Assembly: GCA_036568005.1 (NCBI GenBank)
Contig: DATCTJ010000026.1
Coordinates: forward strand, 4,142-68,141
Source: Lutibacter sp.
GTDB taxonomy: Bacteria; Bacteroidota; Bacteroidia; Flavobacteriales; Flavobacteriaceae
DNA length: 64,000 nt
Reading direction: 5' to 3'
Shown: piece after piece, positions 1-9,268 of the stretch
Position numbering within the stretch: position 1 is the first letter of the stretch
Layout: the number at the start of each line of letters is the position of its first letter
The notes under the pieces: generated by a model
The model's input: only the letters and a program-made list of their open reading frames with translations
What the model was told of the DNA's origin: nothing
The model's database searches: none
Translations under genes and position numbers: made by a program

Positions 1-3
1 GTA

Positions 4-396
4 ATGAATAAATTGAGAAAAACGATACTTGACAACTTGCCAAAAGGATTTGAGGAAACTTTAAGTTATGGGATGATAGGCTATGTTGTACCTCATTCCA
101 TTTATCCGAACGGTTATCATTGCAATCCAAAATTACCGCTTCCATTTATGAATATCGCTTCCCAGAAAAATTTTATTGCTGTTTACCATATGGGCTTGTA
201 TGCAAACCAAAATCTCTTGGATTGGTTTGTTCAGGAATATCCAAAACATTGCAACACAAAATTGGATATGGGAAAAAGTTGTGTCAGATTTAAAAAAATG
301 GATCAAATCCCCTTCGATTTAATTGCAGAACTTACGAAAAAAGTAACCGTAAAAGAATGGATTAAAGCTTACGAGGAAAGCTTTCAAAAAAAGTAG
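4..396 (+). CDS. DUF1801 (YdhG-like) domain protein; the ATG at 4 may not be the true start because the window begins here
   Basis: Intact 130-aa ORF. Its size and sequence character resemble small DUF1801/YdhG-like proteins; recognition by eye only. Confidence 0.55.
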   Translation: MNKLRKTILDNLPKGFEETLSYGMIGYVVPHSIYPNGYHCNPKLPLPFMNIASQKNFIAVYHMGLYANQNLLDWFVQEYPKHCNTKLDMGKSCVRFKKMDQIPFDLIAELTKKVTVKEWIKAYEESFQKK

Positions 397-520
397 TTTT
401 TTACGGGTATTTATTAATGAATCAACAAATAAACTATGTGCATATTTTGTTCAAATTTGGCTATATTCGTAACCAAAAGAAATTTGTTTCTCTTTTTTGT
501 GGCAACACCAACATTAACCT

Positions 521-2191
521 ATGGAACCTATCTTAAAAGTACAGAATTTATCCATTTCATTTGACCAAAATAAGGTGGTTAATGAGGTTTCATTTGAACT
601 GAACTCACAACAGATTTTAGGAATTGTAGGTGAATCTGGTAGCGGTAAATCGGTTACTGCCTTAGCGATTTTAGGATTGCTCCCAAAAAATGCGACCATC
701 ACCGGCAGTATTTTATTCAACAACGCCAATTTACAATCGACTTCAGAAAAAGATTTTCAAAAAATCAGGGGAAATAAAATCTCCATGATTTTTCAAGAGC
801 CCATGAGTTCCTTAAATCCGAGTTTAACTTGTGGTTATCAGGTTCAGGAAATTTTATTGCAGCACAAAAAACTGTCAAAAAAAGAAGCTAAAAATCAGGT
901 GATTGCGCTTTTTCATAAGGTGAAATTGCCAAGGGCAGAAATGATGTACAGCCAATATCCGCACCAACTTTCGGGCGGACAAAAACAGCGGGTGATGATT
1001 GCGATGGCAATCGCCTGCAAACCGCAAATTTTAATTGCCGACGAACCCACCACGGCGCTTGATGTTACCATCCAAAAAGAAATTATTGAATTGTTGAAAG
1101 CACTTCAGCAAGAAACTGAAATGAGCATTATTTTTATCACGCACGATTTGGCCTTGGTTTCAGAAATTGCCAATACCGTTTTGGTGATGTACCAAGGAGA
1201 AATTGTGGAGCAGGGAAATGTAACTCAGGTTTTTAAAAATCCTGTCCACAATTATACCAAAGCGCTCATAAATTCGAAACCCAACTTAAAAGAACGCCTA
1301 AAAAAGTTGCCCACCGTAAAAGATTTTATAGAAAACACGGTCGACAATGAGGTGTACACAACCGCACAACGCAACGATTTTCACGACAAAATTTATGCAT
1401 CAATACCCTTGCTGGAAGTAAAAAATTTGGCGACTTATTTCAACACCGAAAAACCTTTTTTCTTCGGAAAAGTAAATCCCGTAAAGGCGGTTGACAAGGT
1501 GTCTTTTCAGCTTTTTGAAGGGGAAACCTTAGGGCTGGTTGGCGAATCGGGTTGCGGGAAAACCACGTTGGGCCGTACCATTCTGCACTTAGAAAAAGCC
1601 ACAAAAGGCCAAATTTTTTACAAACAAAAAGACGTTACCAATCTATCAAATAAGGAGTTGAAGGATTTCAGAAAAGAAGTCCAAATTATTTTTCAAGATC
1701 CGTTTTCATCGCTGAATCCGAGAATTCCCATTGGTGAAGCATTGATGGAACCAATGAAAGTGCACGAAATATTAAATTCATCCGAAGAAAGAAAAAAATA
1801 TGTTTTTGAATTGTTGGAACGCGTGGGTTTGCAAGCAGAACATTTTTATAGATATCCGCATGAGTTTTCGGGCGGACAAAGGCAACGCATTGGCATTGCG
1901 CGTACGATTGTCCTAAAACCAAAATTGATTATTTGCGACGAATCGGTATCGGCACTCGATGTTTCCGTGCAGGCGCAAGTACTAAATTTGCTGAATGAAT
2001 TGAAGGTCGATTTTGGTTTTACCTATATTTTTATTTCCCACGATTTGGCGGTTGTGAAATACATGGCCGATCAGCTGGTGGTGATGAACAACGGTAAAAT
2101 TGAGGAAATGGGCGATGCCGATGCCATTTATCAATCGCCAGAAACAGCTTATGCCCAAAAATTAATAGATGCCATTCCTAAGGGAATATAG
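521..2191 (+). CDS. ABC transporter ATP-binding protein with two fused ATPase domains, Dpp/Opp (GsiA/YejF-like) type
   Basis: Two Walker A motifs ([16 protein letters not shown]), two signature motifs ([16 protein letters not shown]) and two Walker B motifs ([16 protein letters not shown]). Oligopeptide-type C-terminal tails are present ([22 protein letters not shown]). Confidence 0.9.
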   Translation: MEPILKVQNLSISFDQNKVVNEVSFELNSQQILGIVGESGSGKSVTALAILGLLPKNATITGSILFNNANLQSTSEKDFQKIRGNKISMIFQEPMSSLNPSLTCGYQVQEILLQHKKLSKKEAKNQVIALFHKVKLPRAEMMYSQYPHQLSGGQKQRVMIAMAIACKPQILIADEPTTALDVTIQKEIIELLKALQQETEMSIIFITHDLALVSEIANTVLVMYQGEIVEQGNVTQVFKNPVHNYTKALINSKPNLKERLKKLPTVKDFIENTVDNEVYTTAQRNDFHDKIYASIPLLEVKNLATYFNTEKPFFFGKVNPVKAVDKVSFQLFEGETLGLVGESGCGKTTLGRTILHLEKATKGQIFYKQKDVTNLSNKELKDFRKEVQIIFQDPFSSLNPRIPIGEALMEPMKVHEILNSSEERKKYVFELLERVGLQAEHFYRYPHEFSGGQRQRIGIARTIVLKPKLIICDESVSALDVSVQAQVLNLLNELKVDFGFTYIFISHDLAVVKYMADQLVVMNNGKIEEMGDADAIYQSPETAYAQKLIDAIPKGI

Positions 2192-2225
2192 CCCCCTAAC
2201 CCCCGAAGGGGGACAGAGCGTTAAT

Positions 2226-2247
2226 AAAATGTCCAGTGGACATTTTT
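2226..2247 (+). terminator. Hairpin AAAATGTCC-AGT-GGACATTTT(T) downstream of the ABC ATPase gene
   Basis: Perfect 9-bp inverted repeat with a 3-nt loop, ending in a T run, 35 nt after the stop codon. Confidence 0.5.
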
Positions 2248-2442
2248 AGCGATAGGGCCAAACGGTGTGTTGGGCATAAAAAAGTTAAAAGTTAAAAAAA
2301 CGAGTTGCTAAAGATAAGAATTGGAATGCCACTGGTTAATGATGTCAAGTAAAATTTGTCTCTTTTCTTTACGCTATTCTCTCTTTACTAATCACCTAAT
2401 TAACATTTTTTTCACTTGAATAAATTGTATATTGCGACTTAT

Positions 2443-3402
2443 ATGAAAGCTAATTATCTGAACAGTATAATAGTTATTGGAATGATATTCATTTCAAGTT
2501 TTTTATATGCCCAAAAAACAAATATAGAAGAGGAAAACAGCTTAAAATTTCAAAGCCATTTTTTTGAAGCTTTAAAGCAAAAAGCCATAAAAAACTATAG
2601 CAAAGCCATTGAAAATTTAGAATTGTGTAATGAAATTGATTCTTTGAACGTATCTGTTTTATTTGAATTTTCAAAAAACCATTTGGAGTTAAACAATTAT
2701 TTTGAAGCCGAATTATTTGTTGATAAAGCCCTGCAACAAGAACCAGAAAACAGGTATTTGTTACTACATAAAGTGGCTATTTTAAAAGCACAACGAAATT
2801 TTAATAAAGCTATTGAAGTTCAAAATAAAATACTGAAAATTCAGCCAAAAGATTTCGAAGAATTGGTGTTTCTTTACATCCAAAATCAGAATTTTAAAGA
2901 GGCGGAAGCGCTGATTTCTAAAATTGAAGAAAATGCGATGACAACATTGCGCATAAAATCGTTTAAAAAATTTTTGGAAAATAGAAAAGGGATTCAGGAA
3001 AAGACAGATAAACCTATTGAAATTACAACTGAAAATGTGGATATTGAAACATTAAAAAAATTATACGCCAAGAATAAGGAATATAAAACAGTGCAGAAAA
3101 TTTTGATGCAAGAAGAAAAAGAGGCGCTTTTTGAAGCAGTTTATGCCAACAGTAAAGAAGCTTTGGAACTGTTTCCAGAACAGCCTTTTTTATATAAAAT
3201 GAATGGTTTGGCACTAAATAAGCTGGGAAAATATAATGAAGCAATTGCCGTTTTAAGTATTGGCATTGATTTTGTTACTGATAACAGCACAATGGAAGCC
3301 GATTTTTATGAGCAACTTGCGATAAGCCATGAAAATATTGGAAACAAAAGCGAAGCACTAAAATATAAACAAAGAGCCATTGTATTAAGAAAAGAAAATT
3401 AA
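2443..3402 (+). CDS. TPR-repeat protein with N-terminal signal/anchor
   Basis: The listed ORF starts at TTG 2416; the first ATG is at 2443 (MKANYLNSIIVIGMIFISSFLYAQ). Repeated A/Y/L-spaced helical motifs are typical of TPR (e.g. YSKAIENLELC, YFEAELFVDKALQQEPEN, FNKAIEVQNKILKIQP, YNEAIAVLSIGI). Confidence 0.75.
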   Translation: MKANYLNSIIVIGMIFISSFLYAQKTNIEEENSLKFQSHFFEALKQKAIKNYSKAIENLELCNEIDSLNVSVLFEFSKNHLELNNYFEAELFVDKALQQEPENRYLLLHKVAILKAQRNFNKAIEVQNKILKIQPKDFEELVFLYIQNQNFKEAEALISKIEENAMTTLRIKSFKKFLENRKGIQEKTDKPIEITTENVDIETLKKLYAKNKEYKTVQKILMQEEKEALFEAVYANSKEALELFPEQPFLYKMNGLALNKLGKYNEAIAVLSIGIDFVTDNSTMEADFYEQLAISHENIGNKSEALKYKQRAIVLRKEN

Positions 3403-3403
3403 A

Positions 3404-3518
3404 AGATGAAACGAGCCATAACAAATTTTGATACACTGCAGAATGATTAATGGCGAACCCGCCTACCGCAGGCAGGTCGCATCTGTACCAATAGAAAATA
3501 AAAAATAAACAGATGAAA
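3404..3518 (+). repeat. Intra-operonic repeat unit, copy A (with 20-22-nt GC palindrome), bounded by AGATGAAA at both ends
   Basis: Aligns base-for-base with 58378-58492 and 61993-62087. The 3' AGATGAAA contains the ATG (3513) of the downstream lipoprotein gene. Confidence 0.8.
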
Positions 3519-4289
3519 TATTATTTTAAAATAGCGATATTGATGTTGCTTGCAGTTTCTTCGTGCAAAAGCAAAAAAAGTTTGACCAATATGGAAGGTA
3601 TTGAAGATATTTCCACAAAAAAAATCATCAGCAACCACTACGACAATAATTTCAACCAGAAAACGGTGAATGCCAATTTAAACGCCAAATATTCCGACAA
3701 TAAAATGTCGACCTCTGTCAATATAAAACTGCGCATAGAAATGGATAAAACAATTTGGATGAGCGCCACAAAGTTGGGATTTCCTTTGGCGAAAGTTAAA
3801 ATTACACCAGATCGGGTAAGTTATTACGAAAAATTAAAAGGCACTTATTATGATGGTGATTTTTCTATGTTAAGTAAATGGCTGGGGACAGAATTGGATT
3901 ATCAAAAAGTTCAAAATATTTTATTGGGACAAGCAGTTTTAAACTTAAAAAAAGATAAATATGATTCTAAAATAGACGATCGATTGTACCAATTATCGCC
4001 AATAAAGCGAAATGAATTGTTTGGTATTTTGTTTTTTTTGAATCCGGATAATTTCAAATTAAACCGACAAGAAATTACCAATACTGAAAAACAACAAATG
4101 CTTTCTGTATCTTACGCGAACTATAAAAACATTAAGGGAGAACAATTCCCCGAGAATATCAATATAAGGGCCACAGATCACAATAATTTAACCACCATCA
4201 ATATAGAATATAAGTGGGTTGAATTCAATGAAAAATTAACCTTTCCATTTGAAATTCCATCTGGTTACAAAGTAATTAGTTTAAAATAA
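3513..4289 (+). CDS. Lipoprotein, DUF4292-like (gene usually found upstream of the EnvC-like gene in Bacteroidota)
   Basis: Lipobox LLAVSS-C. The stop overlaps the start of the next gene (ATAATG at 4289). Family call is by recollection of the conserved gene pair. Confidence 0.65.
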   Translation: MKYYFKIAILMLLAVSSCKSKKSLTNMEGIEDISTKKIISNHYDNNFNQKTVNANLNAKYSDNKMSTSVNIKLRIEMDKTIWMSATKLGFPLAKVKITPDRVSYYEKLKGTYYDGDFSMLSKWLGTELDYQKVQNILLGQAVLNLKKDKYDSKIDDRLYQLSPIKRNELFGILFFLNPDNFKLNRQEITNTEKQQMLSVSYANYKNIKGEQFPENINIRATDHNNLTTINIEYKWVEFNEKLTFPFEIPSGYKVISLK

Positions 4290-5506
4290 TGCAGTTTAAA
4301 TTTAAGTACATTTTTCTTTCTTTAGCTCTGTTCATAAATGTGGCTGTTGCTGCCCAAAACACAAAGCGCGAAAACTTGGAGGCGCGCAGGGCTCAAATTC
4401 AAAAAGATATTATTTATATCAATAACTTACTTTCCACCACAAAAAAAACGGAAAAAAATTTATTGGTTGAGGTTAAAGATTTAAAGGATAAAATAGATAA
4501 AAGAGAAGAATTAATTACCGTTATTTCAAACGAATCTGCTGAACTTGGGAATGAAATTTACTTAAATCAGCTTGAAATAAATAAAAACCAACGCAATTTA
4601 GAAGCGTTAAAGAAAGACTATGCTGAAATGATTTTTAAATCGTACAAAAGCAAGTCACAAAACAGCAGAATCATGTTTTTGCTTTCTTCCGAAAATTTTT
4701 ATCAGGGCTATAAACGCTTTCAGTATATGAAGCAATATTCCAGTTTTAGAAAAAATCAAGGGGAAGAGATACAACGAAAAACAATTGAAATTCAGGCTTT
4801 AACAGACACCTTAATTCTAAAAAAGAAGCAAAAGCAAGACCTTTTAACTGAGAAAAAACAGGAGCAAATTGTTATCCAAAAAGAAAAAAAGGAACAGGAA
4901 AATTTATTGAGCCAGGTAAAGGAAAAGGAAAATAAATACAAAAGGCAAATTTCACAATTTCAAAAAGAAGAAAGAAGGATTGATGCCCAAATAGATAAAA
5001 TAATTAGAGATGCGATTGCGGCTTCCAATAAAAACACATCAAACACCACATCAGCAACTTTCACCCTTACAGCTGAAGCTAAGGAATTGGCTTCAAAATT
5101 TACGGCAAATAAGGGGCAATTGCCTTGGCCGGTTGAAAAAGGATTTGTTTCTACCTATTATGGAAAACAACCGCATCCTGTTGTAAAAACAGCCACAATA
5201 CAAAGCAATGGCGTTAGAATTACCACAGATGTTGGAAGCAAGGCGCGTGCTGTTTTTGAAGGAACTGTTTTGTCTGTCCAAGTTTTGGGCGGTAATTTAA
5301 AAGCCGTATTAATTCAGCATGGAGATTACATTTCAGTCTATAAAAATTTAGAAATCGTATTTGTGCATGTGGGCCAAAAAGTTAAAACTAAAGAAGAAAT
5401 TGGAACTATTTTTACCGATAAAATTACTGGTAAAACAATTTTAGGATTTGTATTATCGCGAAACGTAACCACAGAAAATCCAGCATCTTGGATTTATAGG
5501 ATGTAA
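4289..5506 (+). CDS. EnvC-like murein hydrolase activator: long coiled coil plus degenerate LytM/M23 domain
   Basis: Signal peptide, about 230 aa of K/E/Q-rich heptad-like sequence, and a C-terminal M23-like fold. The metal-binding His motifs appear replaced (SNGVRITT, IQHGDYISVYKNL). Confidence 0.8.
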   Translation: MQFKFKYIFLSLALFINVAVAAQNTKRENLEARRAQIQKDIIYINNLLSTTKKTEKNLLVEVKDLKDKIDKREELITVISNESAELGNEIYLNQLEINKNQRNLEALKKDYAEMIFKSYKSKSQNSRIMFLLSSENFYQGYKRFQYMKQYSSFRKNQGEEIQRKTIEIQALTDTLILKKKQKQDLLTEKKQEQIVIQKEKKEQENLLSQVKEKENKYKRQISQFQKEERRIDAQIDKIIRDAIAASNKNTSNTTSATFTLTAEAKELASKFTANKGQLPWPVEKGFVSTYYGKQPHPVVKTATIQSNGVRITTDVGSKARAVFEGTVLSVQVLGGNLKAVLIQHGDYISVYKNLEIVFVHVGQKVKTKEEIGTIFTDKITGKTILGFVLSRNVTTENPASWIYRM

Positions 5507-5509
5507 AAG

Positions 5510-6019
5510 TTAACCAATAAATAATTTTCGCAATTCCTCTGCCTCACTTGGCTTCAATCTTCCAGAAAGAATCAAGCTTAATTGTTTTCGGCGTAAAGCA
5601 CCTTCGTAGCGTTCTTTTTCAAGCCTTGTTTCAGGTTGTAATTGAGGAACAGTTACGGGTTTTCCAGATTTATCAACAGCAACAAAAGTGTAAATACCCT
5701 CATTTACTTTTGAACGCACTTGAGATTCCCGGTCTTCAACCCAAACATCCACATATATTTCCATAGATGATTTAAATGCTCTTGAAACTTTGGCTTCAAT
5801 AGTCATAACGCTCCCTACAGGAACAGCATTGTTAAATGCCACATGATTTACAGATGCAGTCACCACAATTTCATGCGAATGACGACGCGCCGCAATGCTG
5901 CAAGCCCTGTCCATTCGCGCCAGCAATTCGCCTCCAAACAAATTTCCCAACGGATTGCTTTCTCCCGGTAAAACGATATCGGTAAATATGGTTAAGGATT
6001 CTTTTGGTGTTTTTACCAT
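5510..6019 (-). CDS. Acyl-CoA thioesterase (hotdog fold)
   Basis: 169 aa. Motifs NPLGNLFGGELLARMDRA and HVAFNNAVPVGSV are typical of YciA/Acot-type hotdog thioesterases. Confidence 0.8.
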   Translation of the reverse strand: MVKTPKESLTIFTDIVLPGESNPLGNLFGGELLARMDRACSIAARRHSHEIVVTASVNHVAFNNAVPVGSVMTIEAKVSRAFKSSMEIYVDVWVEDRESQVRSKVNEGIYTFVAVDKSGKPVTVPQLQPETRLEKERYEGALRRKQLSLILSGRLKPSEAEELRKLFIG

Positions 6020-6089
6020 GATTGATTAAATTTTTTTCGGAGAAAGATAGCTGTATTATTTAAGAAAAAGCTTCAGTAAAATCTAAATA

Positions 6090-7010
6090 TTAGTATTCTT
6101 TAACCAATAACCAAGCGTCTTCCGACTCTGTTTTATGAATGATGCGCATTTTGTTTATCGCCTCATCCTCGGTGGCAAAACTTTCGAAGGCAACCTCAGT
6201 CAAATGCCATTTATTAACGCCCAGAATTTTGGCATTATACCCTTTTTCAAGTAATTGCTGCAATTTTTTCACTGCGTTTTCAGGAGTTCTAAAAGCACCG
6301 GCGATAATGTGGTAATTATAGGCTTCTTTAGTGATGTTTAAGGTAATTGCAGGTAAGGGATTGGAAATTACAAACGTTGCTTCCTGTATGGTTTTTTCGA
6401 CTTTCTTTTGTTGTTGTTCGGCTTGGGTAACTAAATTTTTATATTCAATTTTTTGGTATTCGTTCCAGCCTACTGTCCCCAAGGCAAAAAGGATAGCCGC
6501 TGTTGCCGCATATTTAATAAATACAGGCGTTTTACGTTTTGTTTCCTCTGTTGAAAATGTTTCCAGCTGCTTAATTTTTTCTTTGTAAACAACGCGTTTT
6601 ATAGCAGGTGAAACAAAAGAGTCCAATCCAAAAGATGTGGTTAAATAATTAAGAGAATTCTTAGGTTCAAAAATGAGTTTACGTTCTTTATTTAACTTAA
6701 ACGACCCAATATTTTCTAATTCAAGCACTTCAACATTCAGCAGCAGTTTCCATTCAGCCACATCTTTTTCAATGACTTTCATGGCTTCTGAATACGAAAT
6801 TTTTCTAGCTGTAGCAACATAATTTGCCAACAATCCATCATTATTTTGCAAATGGGAATTGAAGGTTAACTGATTTGTAGGCGGATAAAAAGTATGTGTA
6901 AAATGATTCACCTTTGCCGAAATTTCGTTGGTTACAAAACCACCAAAATTTGGCACAATCACACATTCATATCGGTATAATAAATCGCTTATGTAGTTTG
7001 CTGTTGTCAT
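6090..7010 (-). CDS. HU-CCDC81-like / SPOR domain protein
   Basis: Likely start is the ATG at 7010 (MTTANYISDLLYRYECVIVPNFGGF). There is a central TM segment (AATAAILFALGTVGW) and a C-terminal SPOR-like segment (YHIIAGAFRTPENAVKKLQQLLEKGYNAKILG). Confidence 0.75.
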   Translation of the reverse strand: MTTANYISDLLYRYECVIVPNFGGFVTNEISAKVNHFTHTFYPPTNQLTFNSHLQNNDGLLANYVATARKISYSEAMKVIEKDVAEWKLLLNVEVLELENIGSFKLNKERKLIFEPKNSLNYLTTSFGLDSFVSPAIKRVVYKEKIKQLETFSTEETKRKTPVFIKYAATAAILFALGTVGWNEYQKIEYKNLVTQAEQQQKKVEKTIQEATFVISNPLPAITLNITKEAYNYHIIAGAFRTPENAVKKLQQLLEKGYNAKILGVNKWHLTEVAFESFATEDEAINKMRIIHKTESEDAWLLVKEY

Positions 7011-7105
7011 TGAAACAAATATATAAAAAACCCCTGCTAAAATATTGTTTATACACAATTTTTATTAACAATAATTTTATATATTGACACTCAAATTGTT
7101 AAAAT

Positions 7106-8209
7106 ATGCTTGAAGAAGATTTGCTGTACGTTTTGGCGTTGCAGCGCGCAAAAGGTATTGGCGATATTAACGCTAAAAAGTTGCTGGCGCACTGTGGAAG
7201 CGCCAAAGAAGTGTTCAAAGAGAAACGTCGGAATATTGAAAAAATATTTGGCTTCGGTAAAATTTCGGTGCAATATTTATTTGATTCCAACAATTTAAAA
7301 GAAGCCGAAGTAGCGTTAAAATATATTCGGGAAAACGCTATAGAAACACTTTATTTTACCGATAATAATTACCCAGAACGATTAAAACATTGTATAGACG
7401 GACCCATACTACTTTTTAAGGAAGGGAATATTGATTTAAATTTAGGCCCAATCATCAGCATTGTTGGTACACGTCAAATTACGGGTTATGGCAGGGATTT
7501 TTGTGAAAAGTTGATATCAGATTTAACAGCATACAATCCAATTATAGTGAGCGGTTTTGCCTATGGTGTCGATATTTGTGCCCACAAAGCAGCTCTTAAA
7601 AACAATTTGCAAACCATTGGCGTTTTGGCGCACGGATTTGAAGAAGTTTATCCGAAAATCCATAAAAGGTACATTTCCGAGATGCATAAAAACGGCGGAT
7701 TTCTAACCGAATTTTGGCAAAATGACCAACCTTTGCGTGAAAATTTTTTAAAACGAAATCGAATTGTTGCAGGAATGTCCGAAGCCACCATCATTATTGA
7801 ATCTGCCGAAAGGGGCGGTTCTTTGGTCACTGCCGATATTGCAAATTCTTACAGCAGGGATGTTTTTGCAGTTCCTGGAAGAAGCACTGATATATATAGC
7901 AAAGGCTGCAACGATTTGATAAAAGACAACAAAGCGGCCATTTTAACTTCTGCAAAAGATTTAATCGACATGCTGAATTGGGAAAGCCCGAGAAATGTAA
8001 AGAAATCAATTCAAAAACAGCTTTTTGTTGAATTGTCCGAAAACGAACAGCTGATTTATGATTTTTTGACCCAAAACGGCAAAGAACTTATCGATTTAAT
8101 TTCCCTAAACTGCAAATTGCCTATACATCAAACTACATCATTATTATTTAATCTAGAGATGAAAGGCATGATAAAACCATTGCCAGGAAAGTTATATGAA
8201 GCTATTTAG
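7106..8209 (+). CDS. dprA: DNA-processing protein DprA (Smf)
   Basis: Rossmann-like core motifs IVSGFAYGVDICAHKAAL, TIGVLAHGFEEVYP and ESAERGGSLVTA, plus a C-terminal winged-helix tail. Confidence 0.9.
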   Translation: MLEEDLLYVLALQRAKGIGDINAKKLLAHCGSAKEVFKEKRRNIEKIFGFGKISVQYLFDSNNLKEAEVALKYIRENAIETLYFTDNNYPERLKHCIDGPILLFKEGNIDLNLGPIISIVGTRQITGYGRDFCEKLISDLTAYNPIIVSGFAYGVDICAHKAALKNNLQTIGVLAHGFEEVYPKIHKRYISEMHKNGGFLTEFWQNDQPLRENFLKRNRIVAGMSEATIIIESAERGGSLVTADIANSYSRDVFAVPGRSTDIYSKGCNDLIKDNKAAILTSAKDLIDMLNWESPRNVKKSIQKQLFVELSENEQLIYDFLTQNGKELIDLISLNCKLPIHQTTSLLFNLEMKGMIKPLPGKLYEAI

Positions 8210-8297
8210 TTTTTAGTAAGGTTAAAATAACTTTAAAATCATAAAAGAAAAGGTCCATTTGTGCTAAAAGCAGTATTTTTGCACCTTAAATTTAATT

Positions 8298-8894
8298 ATG
8301 ATTAAAATACCCCAACAAGCAAAAGCACTTATTTTCGATTTAGATGGCACCATTGCCAACACCATGCCAAATCATTTTTTATCTTGGAGAAAGGCAGTTT
8401 TGCCTTATGGAATCAACTTTGACGCAGCTTTATTTATGCAGTTGACAGGTATGCCGAGAACGGCTACTATTGAAAAACTAAATGAAATGTTCAGCACTAA
8501 AATGAATCCCGATATTGTTGGAAAAGTGAAGGAAGACCATTTTAAAACATTGGTCAACTTAACCGAAGAGATTGAGGTGGTTACCGATGTTATTAAAAAA
8601 TACCATACCATTTTGCCGATGTCCATTGGAACGGGAAGCACAAAAAATGGTGCTAAAAAAACGCTGGAAATTATTGGGTTTGAAAACTATTTTGACATTG
8701 TTATCACTGCTGATGATATTATAAATCACAAACCACATCCCGAAACATTTTTAAAATGCGCGGAACTAATGGGTGTTAAACCACAAGATTGCGTTGTTTT
8801 TGAAGATGGCATATTGGGAATGAATGCGGCCGAAGAAGCCGGAATGATGGTGATTGACGTAAACGATTATTTTAAAATTGATTTTGAAGTTTAG
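8298..8894 (+). CDS. HAD-superfamily hydrolase (beta-phosphoglucomutase-like subfamily IA)
   Basis: Motif I (FDLDGTIANT), motif II (SIGTGS) and a C-terminal FEDGILGMNAA motif. Confidence 0.85.
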   Translation: MIKIPQQAKALIFDLDGTIANTMPNHFLSWRKAVLPYGINFDAALFMQLTGMPRTATIEKLNEMFSTKMNPDIVGKVKEDHFKTLVNLTEEIEVVTDVIKKYHTILPMSIGTGSTKNGAKKTLEIIGFENYFDIVITADDIINHKPHPETFLKCAELMGVKPQDCVVFEDGILGMNAAEEAGMMVIDVNDYFKIDFEV

Positions 8895-9267
8895 GATTTT
8901 GAAATTCTCGCTTTAAACCTACTTCCCATTCCTTTAAAAATTCCTCAATTTCTTCAATAAATTCGATGGTTATTTCGGTTCGGTTGATGGTGCAATGCAA
9001 AATTATTTTGTCTTTTTCCGGTGGAAAACCAGTAGTTATTGTCCATGATAATGCATTTGGACAATCCAATAAAGTAAAGCGGACTCCGCCATTAATTTTA
9101 TCATAACTGATGTTGAATTCGCCCCAAAGTGTCAATCCAATAAAATTATTTTCAGCACTTTCAAGAAATAGTATAGACTCCGTAAACTCTTCTATGCTTT
9201 TTGGGTGTATCTTGGTTTGAAGCTGGGCTTCAGTAGTTTGTTTATCAATAATTCTAAAAAACTCCAT
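8872..9267 (-). CDS. Hypothetical protein
   Basis: ORF with the ATG at 9267 placed 1 nt after the EamA stop (9269-9271). No recognisable motifs. Its 3' end overlaps the convergent HAD gene by 23 nt. Confidence 0.45.
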   Translation of the reverse strand: MEFFRIIDKQTTEAQLQTKIHPKSIEEFTESILFLESAENNFIGLTLWGEFNISYDKINGGVRFTLLDCPNALSWTITTGFPPEKDKIILHCTINRTEITIEFIEEIEEFLKEWEVGLKREFQNPKLQNQF

Positions 9268-9268
9268 A

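Noticed and set aside
2281-2305. AAAAGTT AAAAGTT AAAAAAA mini tandem repeat
   Set aside because: Two short copies in very AT-rich intergenic DNA, compatible with chance.
3447-3638. 63-aa minus-strand ORF
   Set aside because: It overlaps repeat unit A and the 5' end of the lipoprotein gene on the opposite strand, an artefact of the repeat's GC palindrome.
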